Source of the DNA: Blastocladiella emersonii ATCC 22665
Lineage: Eukaryota > Fungi > Blastocladiomycota
Length of the DNA stretch: 64,000 nt
Assembly: GCA_025594325.1 (NCBI GenBank)
Contig: JANHCV010000016.1
Location: 62,001-126,000 of the forward strand
Reading direction: 5' to 3'
The position numbers and the translations under genes were made by a program. Below, piece by piece: positions 33,918 through 44,399 of the stretch. The notes beneath the pieces are model-generated. The model was not told the DNA's origin. It did not search any database and worked only from the letters and a program-made list of their open reading frames with translations. Position 1 is the stretch's first letter. The number at the start of each line of letters is the position of its first letter.

Positions 33918-34673
33918 TTAGCAGCAGCCGTTGTTGATGGGCAAGATCGTGACAACGTCGCTGCCGCAGTCGCCGTGGTTGTTGATGGGCATGATGTGGA
34001 AGTCGCCGCCGTTGCCGCAGTCGCCCGAGGGACCCCAGGTCGCCGGGTTGCCGCCGACGAAGCCGTCGGCCGAGTGGTGGCCCTGGAACTGCGTCTGCGA
34101 CTGCGACTGCGACTGGAACGCGTCGCCGTGGCCGGTCGACCACTGGCCCTGCGACTGCGACTGGTGCTGCGCGGCCGAGCCGTGGTCACCGCCCCACTGC
34201 GACTGCGACTGCGACTGCTGCTGAGCGGCGCCGCCGTGGCCGGCACCCCACTGCGACTGCTGCTGCGCCTGCGCCTGCGACTGGTCGACCGAGCAGTGGT
34301 TGCCCCAGCTGCTCCAGTCGTTGCTGCCCTGGAACTGCGACTGCGACTGCGACTGCGACTGCGACTGAGCGCCGTGGCCGCCGTTGCCCCACTGGGCCTG
34401 CGACTGCGACTGCTGCTGAGCGCTCGTGCTGCCGTGGCCGAACTGCATCTGCGACTGCGACTGGGCCTGGTCGACGGAGCAGTGGTTGCCCCAGTTGCCC
34501 TGGAACTGGCTCTGCGACTGCGACTGCGCGGCATCGCCGCCGTGCGACCACTGCGACTGGCTCTGCGACTGCGACTGGGCGCCGTGGCCGCTGCCCCACT
34601 GAGTCTGCGACTGCGACTGCGACTGCGACTGCTGCTGGACGGCGGGGACGTGGATCGGGGCGCAGAAGGTCAT
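33918..34673 (-). CDS. Gln/Ser-repeat low-complexity protein, 251 aa (copy 1)
   Basis: ATG in CACCAAGATG context about 90 nt after a TATA box. Ten (Qx)n-W/F-Gly/His repeats, a Cys-containing C-terminus and a TAA stop. Confidence 0.75.
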   Translation of the reverse strand: MTFCAPIHVPAVQQQSQSQSQSQTQWGSGHGAQSQSQSQSQWSHGGDAAQSQSQSQFQGNWGNHCSVDQAQSQSQMQFGHGSTSAQQQSQSQAQWGNGGHGAQSQSQSQSQSQFQGSNDWSSWGNHCSVDQSQAQAQQQSQWGAGHGGAAQQQSQSQSQWGGDHGSAAQHQSQSQGQWSTGHGDAFQSQSQSQTQFQGHHSADGFVGGNPATWGPSGDCGNGGDFHIMPINNHGDCGSDVVTILPINNGCC

Positions 34674-34764
34674 CTTGGTGTGTTGGTGGGTCGGTGCGAC
34701 GGCTCAAGGTGTGGGTGGTGGGTGATCTTTTTCGACTCGAAGTGGGACCGAGGGGCTGTCCCTC

Positions 34765-34770
34765 TTTATA
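34765..34770 (-). promoter_or_regulatory. TATA box of Gln/Ser-repeat gene copy 1
   Basis: GTATAAAG on the minus strand, preceded by (GAGCGC)n repeats. Confidence 0.55.
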
Positions 34771-35094
34771 CTCTGGCTCGCTCGCGCTCGCGCTCGCGTT
34801 CTCGCGCTCTCACCGCTCACCAAGACGCGTGCATGCTATTCCGAGAAATACGCAAGAGCAACGGAAAAACCGGCAGGCGCAGCGCTGAACGACGCGTCGC
34901 TATACTTGGCGGCGGCATCCCTGAACCGCCGGCCGCTACGCCGCGACACGTTTCAAAGCGTCTTCGCTGCGTTGCCGTCGCGCTCTCACCGCTCCCCGCA
35001 CTCCTCGCACTTCAGCCGCATATCAACCGTTCGTGGGAGATCGCTCACGCGTTGGGGGTAGGCAGGCAGGTCGGATTGCAGCGGCCGGCGGTTC

Positions 35095-35425
35095 GTACGT
35101 GTGTGCTGTAAGTTTGGGTCACTTGCACTTTGATGCAGCGACTGAGAGCTCATGACGTGAAATACGCAGTAACGGCAGGTGGGCGCGTGAACGGATTGAG
35201 TGGAGGTGGCCGTGGAAACTGTCCCGCGCCGGCTGTCTCGCGGCCTGGGTCGCGTTGCGCCACACCCCACGTGATTCTTCGACGCGTCAACTGGCGATCC
35301 ACGGGCGCTCGGTTGCCACTGAGGGGAACCGAGCAGGGCCGTGTAACAGCGTGCTTGTACTAATCGGAACTCCTTTGGCTTTCTCGTTCAGTCGGCAAGC
35401 AGCGAACCGGTCCACGCTTCATGAG
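35095..35425. repeat. Diverged inner extension of the inverted repeat (pairs with about 38425-38761)
   Basis: Visible but imperfect reverse-complement similarity, with identical blocks 35243-35276/38573-38606 and 35345-35370/38478-38503. Confidence 0.75.
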
Positions 35426-35741
35426 TCCGTCATGCCAGCGTCGGTCTGCTTGGACATGAGACCAACCCACCCGCAAGGATCCTGCTCACAGACGCTGACT
35501 GCTACTTTTTCACATGCGGAGGGTGCGTTGTCTCGAGGAAAGTGCAAAAGCGATGACAGGGGCGATTCTTCCGGTTCTTTGTCAGCGCGCGCGCCCAAAG
35601 GGAGCCCCGATCGCGATCACACGGGGCGGTGGAAACCGTTTGCTCGCGCGCGCGAGGATTTCGAGCTGCGGCGGGTCTTATGCCTTCGACCTCGCGCTCC
35701 GCTTTTTCTCTCCCCGCCCTCCATCACCACGACCGGTTGCA

Positions 35742-37646
35742 ATGAATACAGCAAGCGAATATCTCGCCGTCGTATCCAACGCGGTTGCGCCGCTCAAGGC
35801 GCAGGCGGCCGATCTGCTCGGCCCGCTCGTCAACATCCTCGGCCCGCGCAAGTCGGTGCTCCTGGCCGCGCTGTCGACGGTCGCCGTCCTCTGCGCGCGG
35901 TTCTGGTACCGCAATATCCGCGTACCGCCGAGCCTGCGCCATGTGCCGCGGCTCACCGTGTGGCAGACGATCCGCGTCATGACGTCGGGCGCGGGCTTCC
36001 TCGACTCGGTCGACCAGCAGCTGCGCATCGTGCGCACCGACGCGCTCAAGCGCGGCGTCATCCAGCACGCGAGCGAGACGCCCAAGATCTGGCTGATCTG
36101 GTTGTATGTGTACTTGACGCGTTCTCTGTCTTTGACGCGGCCTCACGTTCGTTCGATCCATCCGTAGCCTCGGCAGCTGGGCCGTCGTGATTGCCAACCC
36201 GGCCGACATCAAGTCGCTGCTGCTCGGTCACGAGGTGTTTGACAAGTTCGAGATGACGCGCATGGGCCTGCAGGCGACCGCCGACTTCATGGGCACGAAC
36301 CTCGCGCTCGCCAATGTACGCGCGCTGGTGCTGCTACTCTCCTCGTGCACCTCACTGACGATCTCTCTCTCATGGCAGACGGCCGGGTGGAAGCGCCAGC
36401 GCAAGGTTGTGAGCCCCATCTTCCGCCGCGGCTGGGCCACGTCGCTGTTCAGCGAGCCGACGCGCATCCTGCTCAGCAAGTTCGACGCGATCGTGGATAC
36501 CAAGGGCGCGACCGTCGACGTGCCCGAGTGGATGATGCGCATCACGCTCGACGCGCTGTGCTCGTCTGCGTTCGGGACCAACATCGACTCGCTCAACCAC
36601 CCCGACTCGCCCATTGTGCGCTCGTACATTGCCGCCATGGAGGGCATGTTCAACCCCAAGTTCACGATCCTCGCGCCCGTCGCGTGGGTCATGCCCGAGT
36701 ACTGGGCCTACAAGCGCGCCGTTGACGAGTTCAACCGCTACGTGTACCAGATGATTGACGCCAAGGCCGACGAGATTGCCAAGCGCGCCGGCAGCATCAG
36801 CAGCAATGCGGGCGACGACAGCGACGAGAACAACGTCAAGGACCTGCTCGAGACCATGATCATCGCGGGCCAGTCGGGCGGCTTCTCGCGCGAGGACCTG
36901 CGCGCCAACACGGTCGCCTTCTTTGTCGCGGTACGCTCGTTCGTCGCTCTCGTTTCACGAGCTGCGAATACTGACGCTGCGCTCGCGAATGTGCACAGGG
37001 TCACGACACGACGGCCAACGCGCTCACGTTCGCGCTGTACCTGCTCGGGATGCACCCCGAGATCCAGCGCAAGGCGCGCGCTGAGGTGCTCGCCGTCATG
37101 GGCGACGTGGAACAGGGCACGCCCGCCGAGGACTTCCCGTACCCGACCAACGACGAGCAGCAACGGATGTCGTACGTGACCTACGTGATCAAGGAGACGA
37201 TGCGGTTGTACCCGAGCGTGGGCAACCTCCCGCCACGCATCTTGACCAGCCCCGCGATCCTATCCGATGGGTCGCGCGTTCCCGCGGGCACCATCGTGAG
37301 TGGCAACACGATCGCGATCCACCGCGACTGCGCGCAGTGGGGCGACGACGCGGACGAGTTCAAGCCCGAGCGGTGGGCCGACCTCGGGGTGGGCGCTGAC
37401 GGCGCGATCCCGATGCACCCGAGTGCGCACGACTTCAAGTGGGTCCCGTTCGGCGGCGGGCAGCGCATCTGCCCTGGCCAGTCGTTTTCGATCATCGAGC
37501 AGCGCGTGGTCCTGTCGATGCTGCTGCTGCGCTACGAGTGGACGGTCGCCGGGAACAAGGCCGCGCTCGCGGGCAGGCCCGGGTCGGTGCCTGGCGTGAT
37601 GCTGCGCGCCAAGGGGATCGAGCTCGCGCTCAAGCGGCGCAACTGA
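35742..37646 (+). CDS. Cytochrome P450, 4 exons
   Basis: Introns near 36104-36167, 36316-36379 and 36931-36998. Motifs FFVAGHDTT, ETMR, PERW and heme FGGGQRICPG. Confidence 0.93.
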
Positions 37647-37891
37647 TTTGTGCGTTCGCTCGTAGTAACGGCGCAGATATATATACGCATAGTTCATCCC
37701 TTGTTTGGCATACACAGTGGCAGCACTCCTGGTTGGAGTAGCTCCGCCGTCACGGCGGGCTGCTCCTGACGCGTCGATCATCTCCACGTGGCGTCATTCT
37801 CCGCGTGGCGATCCGCCCGAGCTGACCAACGAGCTGAGCAACGCGCGCTCACGGCGCTCTCTCTATCAAGGCTGTCCAGCAAACTACCGCA

Positions 37892-38256
37892 ATGACAAGC
37901 ACCATCAATGTACTCGATGCAATGAGCAAGGCCATCGCGCCTCTTCGCGTCGAAACGCGCCTCGCCCCGCTCGCGCGACTCGTCAAGGCACTCGGCCCGC
38001 GCAAATCGGTGCTCCTCGCTGCCCTCGCGACGGCGGCCATGCTCGCGGCGCGCGTGTGGTGGAAGGTGGTCCGCGTCCCGCCGCACCTCCGCCATCTGCC
38101 GCGCGTGTCCTTCTTGCAGACCGTCCGGCTCCTGCTCTCGGGCGAGGGCTTCCTCACCTCGCGGCCCGCCTTCCTCAAGCTGCTGTGCGAGGACGCGCTC
38201 CGCCGCGGCGCCATCACGTCGCCCGCACAGACTCCGCGCGTCTGGCTCGAGTGGAT
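37892..38256 (+). pseudogene. Orphan first exon of a paralogous P450
   Basis: LGPRKSVLLAAL...RVPPHLRHLPR...DALRRG aligns to exon 1 of 35742-37646 and ends at an equivalent phase-2 GT donor. No exon 2 follows before the inverted-repeat arm. Confidence 0.75.
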
Positions 38257-39085
38257 GTACGTGCTCGCAGAATTCCCCTGTCATCGTCTTTGCATGCTCT
38301 GTGAGACAACCCTCGCCGTGTGAAAAAGTAGAAGCCAGCGCCTGGTCTGAGAGCAGGAGCCTCGCTTAGAGGGTTCGACCCATGTCCAAGTAGTCCGACA
38401 CTGGCGCGACAGAAGCATACCACTCATGAAGCGTGGACCGATTCGCTGCTCACCTACTAGACGGGAACACCAAAGGGGTTCCGATTAGTACAAGCACGCT
38501 GTTGCTCGACGCCGTTTCGTCTCCTCGTGAGCAAGCGAGGGCCATCGCGGATCGCCAGTTGACGCGCCGAACAATCACGTGGGGTGTGGCGCAACGCGAC
38601 CCAGGCTGCGAGACAGTCGCTGCGAGACAGTTTCCGCATCCACCTCTACCCAATCTGTTCGCGCGCCCATGTGCCTCTACCGAGCGTCCCACGACAAGAC
38701 GACAAGAGGACTTCGTAGCCGCGGCAAAAGCGCACCCGCTCCGAATTTACGACACACGCAGGAACCGCCGGCCGCTGCAATCCGACCTGCCTGCCTACCC
38801 CCAACGCGTGAGCGATCTCCCACGAACGGTTGATATGCGGCTGAAGTGCGAGGAGTGCGGGGAGCGGTGAGAGCGCGACGGCAACGCAGCGAAGACGCTT
38901 TGAAACGTGTCGCGGCGTAGCGGCCGGCGGTTCAGGGATGCCGCCGCCAAGTATAGCGACGCGTCGTTCAGCGCTGCGCCTGCCGGTTTTTCCGTTGCTC
39001 TTGCGTATTTCTCGGAATAGCATGCACGCGTCTTGGTGAGCGGTGAGAGCGCGAGAACGCGAGCGCGAGCGCGAGCGAGCCAGAG

Positions 39086-39091
39086 TATAAA
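39086..39091 (+). promoter_or_regulatory. TATA box of Gln/Ser-repeat gene copy 2
   Basis: CAGAGTATAAAGAGG about 90 nt upstream of ATG 39183. Confidence 0.55.
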
Positions 39092-39182
39092 GAGGGACAG
39101 CCCCTCGGTCCCACTTCGAGTCGAAAAAGATCACCCACCACCCACACCTTGAGCCGTCGCACCGACCCACCAACACACCAAG

Positions 39183-39938
39183 ATGACCTTCTGCGCCCCG
39201 ATCCACGTCCCCGCCGTCCAGCAGCAGTCGCAGTCGCAGTCGCAGTCGCAGACTCAGTGGGGCAGCGGCCACGGCGCCCAGTCGCAGTCGCAGAGCCAGT
39301 CGCAGTGGTCGCACGGCGGCGATGCCGCGCAGTCGCAGTCGCAGAGCCAGTTCCAGGGCAACTGGGGCAACCACTGCTCCGTCGACCAGGCCCAGTCGCA
39401 GTCGCAGATGCAGTTCGGCCACGGCAGCACGAGCGCTCAGCAGCAGTCGCAGTCGCAGGCCCAGTGGGGCAACGGCGGCCACGGCGCTCAGTCGCAGTCG
39501 CAGTCGCAGTCGCAGTCGCAGTTCCAGGGCAGCAACGACTGGAGCAGCTGGGGCAACCACTGCTCGGTCGACCAGTCGCAGGCGCAGGCGCAGCAGCAGT
39601 CGCAGTGGGGTGCCGGCCACGGCGGCGCCGCTCAGCAGCAGTCGCAGTCGCAGTCGCAGTGGGGCGGTGACCACGGCTCGGCCGCGCAGCACCAGTCGCA
39701 GTCGCAGGGCCAGTGGTCGACCGGCCACGGCGACGCGTTCCAGTCGCAGTCGCAGTCGCAGACGCAGTTCCAGGGCCACCACTCGGCCGACGGCTTCGTC
39801 GGCGGCAACCCGGCGACCTGGGGTCCCTCGGGCGACTGCGGCAACGGCGGCGACTTCCACATCATGCCCATCAACAACCACGGCGACTGCGGCAGCGACG
39901 TTGTCACGATCTTGCCCATCAACAACGGCTGCTGCTAA
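39183..39938 (+). CDS. Gln/Ser-repeat low-complexity protein, 251 aa (copy 2, identical)
   Basis: Translation is identical to 33918-34673. Confidence 0.75.
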   Translation: MTFCAPIHVPAVQQQSQSQSQSQTQWGSGHGAQSQSQSQSQWSHGGDAAQSQSQSQFQGNWGNHCSVDQAQSQSQMQFGHGSTSAQQQSQSQAQWGNGGHGAQSQSQSQSQSQFQGSNDWSSWGNHCSVDQSQAQAQQQSQWGAGHGGAAQQQSQSQSQWGGDHGSAAQHQSQSQGQWSTGHGDAFQSQSQSQTQFQGHHSADGFVGGNPATWGPSGDCGNGGDFHIMPINNHGDCGSDVVTILPINNGCC

Positions 39939-40397
39939 GCGCCATCGTTGTCGGAGTTTCTCTCAAGTCTCGATTTTGTACCCGCGCGCGCGAGCATTTG
40001 TCGCTCACGGCACCCTCGCGCGCGCGGCTCGACCCTGATCTAGCTTTGCCCTCTCTCATATTTCATCGCAAAATAGCATTTTTTCATAGTCTCTTCACTG
40101 GACTCTCCTCGCCCTCCCTCAGTTGATGTTCTTGAAAGCTCAGTAAGATGCTCAGCTGTACGAGGGGGAAGTGGAGCCGAGTGCGAGCGGACCGCTGGCA
40201 TCACAGCGAGGATCAAAACGGAGCGGCTGCTACGCGACGCGTCGCCTCTCGTGGCTTGGCGCACCGCAGACGGTCGAGTGAGCGACCGAACGATCACGGC
40301 GGGTGGCGGAGAGGGCTCTCGCAGGCGCGTCGGCAGCAATCAACCAACCCCTGCGACCAAACCAGCGGAGGGCAAAAGCAAGGGCAGGGGAGAAAAA

Positions 40398-40469
40398 TGG
40401 AGGAGCCGAGGATCGAACTCGGGGCCTCTCGCATGCGAAGCGAGCGCTCTACCACTGAGCTACACCCCC
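40398..40469 (-). tRNA. tRNA-Ala(CGC), duplicate
   Basis: Reverse complement of 33387-33458. Confidence 0.92.
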
Positions 40470-40773
40470 ATGTTGTTGCTCATATCTTCAGTCCGCCGCG
40501 CGACATTATGTACGTTCAAGCCTCACCCTCGCGCTTCATCTTCAGCGCCCGCCTCGCTGCACGCGTGCGGTGGGCGGCGGCGAGCGAGCGACACGAGCGA
40601 CACGAGCGACGCGCGGGCGGCCGGGGCAGCCTCCCCGCCCTGATCCCTCCTCTCCTCCCCTGCTCTCTCCCTCCCTCTCGCAAATTGGCCCCCGCGCACA
40701 TGAAGCATTCTCGTGATTGAGACCAACTGACTCGGCGCAACCCAACCACTGTCACATCAACGACGCGACTTCC

Positions 40774-40926
40774 ATGAACTACTCCCAGCAACAGCAGGCT
40801 CCGCCCTTCGCGGCCAACGGCAGCGGGAGCGGGACGCGCTTGCCGCCGCCAGTGCCCGCTACAGCCGCCCCCTTCTCGCTGCTCGTCAAGAACTCGCCGC
40901 GAGAGCGTGAGATCAGGGAAGCATGA
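40774..40926 (+). pseudogene. Duplicated 5' fragment of the synaptojanin gene forming a 50-codon chimeric ORF
   Basis: MNYSQQQQ...LLVKNSPRE is identical to the synaptojanin N-terminus up to the repeat edge (40905), then reads REIREA-stop in unrelated sequence. Confidence 0.7.
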
Positions 40927-43900
40927 ATGTATTGAGGTCCAGCTGTCCAACGTCGAAGCTCAGGTCGCCGATCGTTGCTTGAGGCGGGTTCCTTGCCACA
41001 GGCGAACCGGGCACCTGGCGCGCGGCGGCGGGTTCGGTCTCTCTCGACGGTGCCTGCTGGGTTGGGAATGGAGCAGCAGTCCCCACCGCGCCGTTGGCCA
41101 TGCCGAACAGCTGGCACATGGCGCGCCACTTGTTCGCAAGCGCGCGGTACTGCTCCGTGACGCGCTGCACCTCGACCTGCTTCGCGTGCGTCGCGGCGCG
41201 GAGCTGGTCGTCGAGCTCGGCCGCGCGGCGCTGGACCTGGGTGAGCTCGACGGCACGCGCGTCGCGGTCCTGCTCGGTCGCCGTGAGCCGCGCCTGCGTC
41301 TGCTGCAGGAGCCGCTTGAGCTCGTCGACCGCCAAATCGCGCGCGGCGAGCTTGTCGCGCACGTCGCCCTCGGCGCGCTCGAGCTTGGCCGCGAACGTGG
41401 CGCGCAGTTTGGCGGCTTCGGCCTCGATCAGCGCCAGAGACTCGTTGCGCTCCTCGAGCTTGGCGTGCAGCGCGGCAGCCTGGTCGCGCGCCTCGTTGCG
41501 CTCCTCGCGGTACTGGCTCGCCAGGTCCTCGAGCTGCTGCACCTCGCGCTCGCGGTGCTGGAGCTACTCTTGCGAAGGGAGGTCAGTCGCTGGGTCGGAT
41601 GGCGAGCGAGCAAGCGCACCTCGAACTGCATCTCGCGCGCGCCCTCGGCCGCCCGCTTGACCTCGTTGAACTCGGCGACCTTGGCGGCGAGATTCGCTTT
41701 CAGCGCGCGCAGCGACTCGGCCTGGTCCTCGACCTGCTTGTCCTTGATCCGCACCGCCTGCTGCGCGGCCGCGAGCTCGGCGCGCACACGTTCCCGTTCC
41801 TCGCTCGCCGCTTTGGCCTCGCCGCGCACCTGCTCGAGCTCGCGGCGCACACCCTCGAGCTCAGCGACCGCGCGGTCGCCGGCATGCACGCGGTTCGTGC
41901 ACTGCAGCGCCGTCTGCTTGGCGTGGTTGCGCGCGGCCTCGGCCGCGGCGTGTGCGGCGCGCAGCTTGTCAGCGAGCTTCTTGGTCTTGTGCTCGTACAG
42001 CTGCTCGAGGTCGGTCACCGACTGCGCGAGCCCCGCGATCTTGGCCTGCTGCGCGTGCACGACGCGCCCGAGGTCCTGCTTCTCGCGTGTCTGGGTGTCG
42101 AGCTGCGCGCGGAGGTCGGCCGCTTGCGCGAGGGACTCGTCGAGCTGGCGCTGCAGCGCCGCGTTGCGCTCGTGCACGCGCGCGATCTCGGCCTGTGCGT
42201 CCTTGACGTGCGCCGCCTGCTCGGCCGTGGCGCGGACGAGGTCACACTCGAGCGCCGCGCGTGCGGTCTTGGCTTCGTCGACTTGCCGGTGCAGGTCGCG
42301 CGTGTTGGCCTCGTGCTGCTGCGCCAGTGTCGAGCGCACCGAGGCGAGCTCGGCGTCGTGGCGTCTATACACGGCGGAGTGGGTTGGCACAGGTTGCGAG
42401 GGCATTTGGTGGAGAGCGTACCGCTGAGCGTCTTGAAGCTGGGCCTGGTGCTTGCGCTCCTGCTCGCGGATCTGGTCGCGCAGCGCCTGCACGTCAACCG
42501 ACACGTCGCGAACAATGTTTTTGAGCGACGCTAGCTGCTCCTTAGCCTACCCACTTGGACCACGTTAGCGATGCCAAAGAGGTTAACCAAGTCCAGCGCA
42601 CCTCGGCGAGCTTCTCCCGCGCAGCCTCCTTATCGCGGACCGCCTTGGCCAGCGCGCGCTTGCCCTCAGACTCGGCGACCCGGAGCCGGCGCTCGAGGTC
42701 GACTCGCGTGGCGGACTCGCGCGACAGCCCGTCCTTGGCGGCGGTACACTCGCGCTCGAGGACCGCGACGCGGGACCGCGCCGCCTCGAGCTCCTTGGCA
42801 ACCGCCGCCGACCGCGCACGCTCGGCCTGGAGCTGTTCCGCTATCCCGCGCATCTCGCGCGCACGGTCGTGCTCGACCTGCTGCATGCGGCGCGCCTCGA
42901 GCTCGAGTGCCGCGAGCGTCTGCTGGGTCGCGGCGCGGGATGCGGCGTCGGCTACAGGTTCGGGGGCCGGCGGTGGTGGCGGTGGTGGCGGGGCGGGGCG
43001 GCGCGCGGTCTGGGCCTTGGCCGCGGCCCGCTCGAGCTTGGCGAGCTGCTGCTTCACGGCCGACAGCTCGGACTCGAGCCCCGCGGCCTTGGACTGGCTC
43101 GACATGGCGCGGACCAGGTCGGCCATCATGGTGTGCAGCTGCACGAGGGCCGGGTCGGGCAGCGGCGGAGGCTGTTGCAGCTGTTGCGGTTTCGCGGGGC
43201 TCGGGAACTGGTGCGGCAGCGGCGCGGGATCGGTGGCCACGGGCTGCCGCGGCAGACAAACAGGTGCTGGTGCGGCTACGGCCGGAGCAGGCGGTGCTGA
43301 GGTCGGTGGTGCGGGGAGCGGGATGCTCGTGTCGGGGAGGAGGAACGACATGTCGATGGCGACCTGGACGGGCGCGCCATTGCGGTCGACGCGGTCGAGC
43401 GACTGCAGCGAGCGCGAGAGCGACCACACGATGCCCTGCGTGCTCGCGTCGTCCGAGACGGGGTTGCCCTCGAGCAGCAGATGTCGCAGGTTCTACTCGG
43501 AGCGTGCGCGTCAGTCCTGCATCAAAGACTGTCAAGCGAGCAACGTACGACAAGTCCAGAGAGGTAGTACAGCTCGGGAGACGCCGCTATCGCATTCCCA
43601 CGCACGTCGAGCACCTCGAGCGCGTATCCCGGCCCGTGCAGGTGGACGATCCCGACGAGCGAGTCGATGTTGTTGTGCGCGAGCACGAGCTTGCGCAGGC
43701 CCGTCAGCGTCTCGAGCCCCTGGATGCGCGATATCTCTCCTCGCATGGGAATCGCGGCGCGGCGACAGGTGTCAGCAACGTCCGCTGGGGAGTGTGCGAC
43801 GCGCGGCGAGAGCATACCCGGTTGTTGGCGAGATTGAGGATGCGCAGAAGACGGAGCCCGGCGACCCCTTCAATCTCCAGAATCTCGTTGGACGAGAGGT

Positions 43901-44120
43901 CGAGCGAGGTCAGGAAGGCCATGCGCTGCAGGATCGACGGGTCCATGCGCGAGACGAGGTTGCCGTGCAGGTTGAGCGAGCGGATCGGCGACGGTGATGT
44001 TGAAGCGTCACGCTCGTCACCGCCAACGGCGGGCGGGAACAGCCATGCCGCGAGCTGCGATAGGTGCTGGATGTTGGCGTCGACGCGCGAGATGGTCGTG
44101 GGCAGGGCAGCGACGGTCAT
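40913..44120 (-). CDS. LRRCC1: Leucine-rich repeat and coiled-coil centriolar protein (LRRCC1/VFL1-like), multi-exon
   Basis: SDS22-type LRRs (SLNLHGN, LDLSSNEI, LVLAHNNI, LHGPGYALEVLDVRGN, LLEGNPV) followed by long coiled-coil exons. The LHG motif matches LRRCC1 as recalled. Confidence 0.72.
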
Positions 44121-44399
44121 TGCATCAAGTCGATCTGTTCTTTCATTCGTTTATATCCATGGTTTACAGGGCGCAGAAAGGGAGAGAGGGCGCGGAGGCC
44201 GCTTCGCGAACTGGCGACCCCTGTGAACCGCGCGACCTGAAACATGACGTGACGCTACTCGAGCAATGAGGTCCAGAGAACACACAACTTGTATAATATA
44301 CGGTCGACGGACTCGGTCCATGGTACAAAAGAACCCGCTCAAGGACGCCCCCAGTCACGCGTCCTTCTCTCTCCTCCCACGAATTCCCCGCGAACCACC

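Larger units (their letters stand above)
32951..35094. repeat. Left arm of 2,144-bp inverted duplication
   Basis: Reverse complement of 38762-40905. All paired landmarks sum to 73856 (no indels), and the paired ORF translations are identical. Confidence 0.95.
38762..40905. repeat. Right arm of 2,144-bp inverted duplication
   Basis: Reverse complement of 32951-35094. Identity ends at GAGAG 40905 and at GGAAC 38762. Confidence 0.95.

Noticed and set aside
33931-34224. Cys-Asp (CDCDCD) metallothionein-like ORF and the RS, AV and LR repeat frames over the Gln/Ser gene
   Set aside because: These are alternative readings of the same CAGTCG repeat. The CD frame is broken by stops, and only the Gln/Ser frame has TATA, ATG context and a patterned non-repeat C-terminus.
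38330-38400. GGTTCGA motif as a possible tRNA remnant
   Set aside because: No acceptor, D or anticodon stems could be formed around it.
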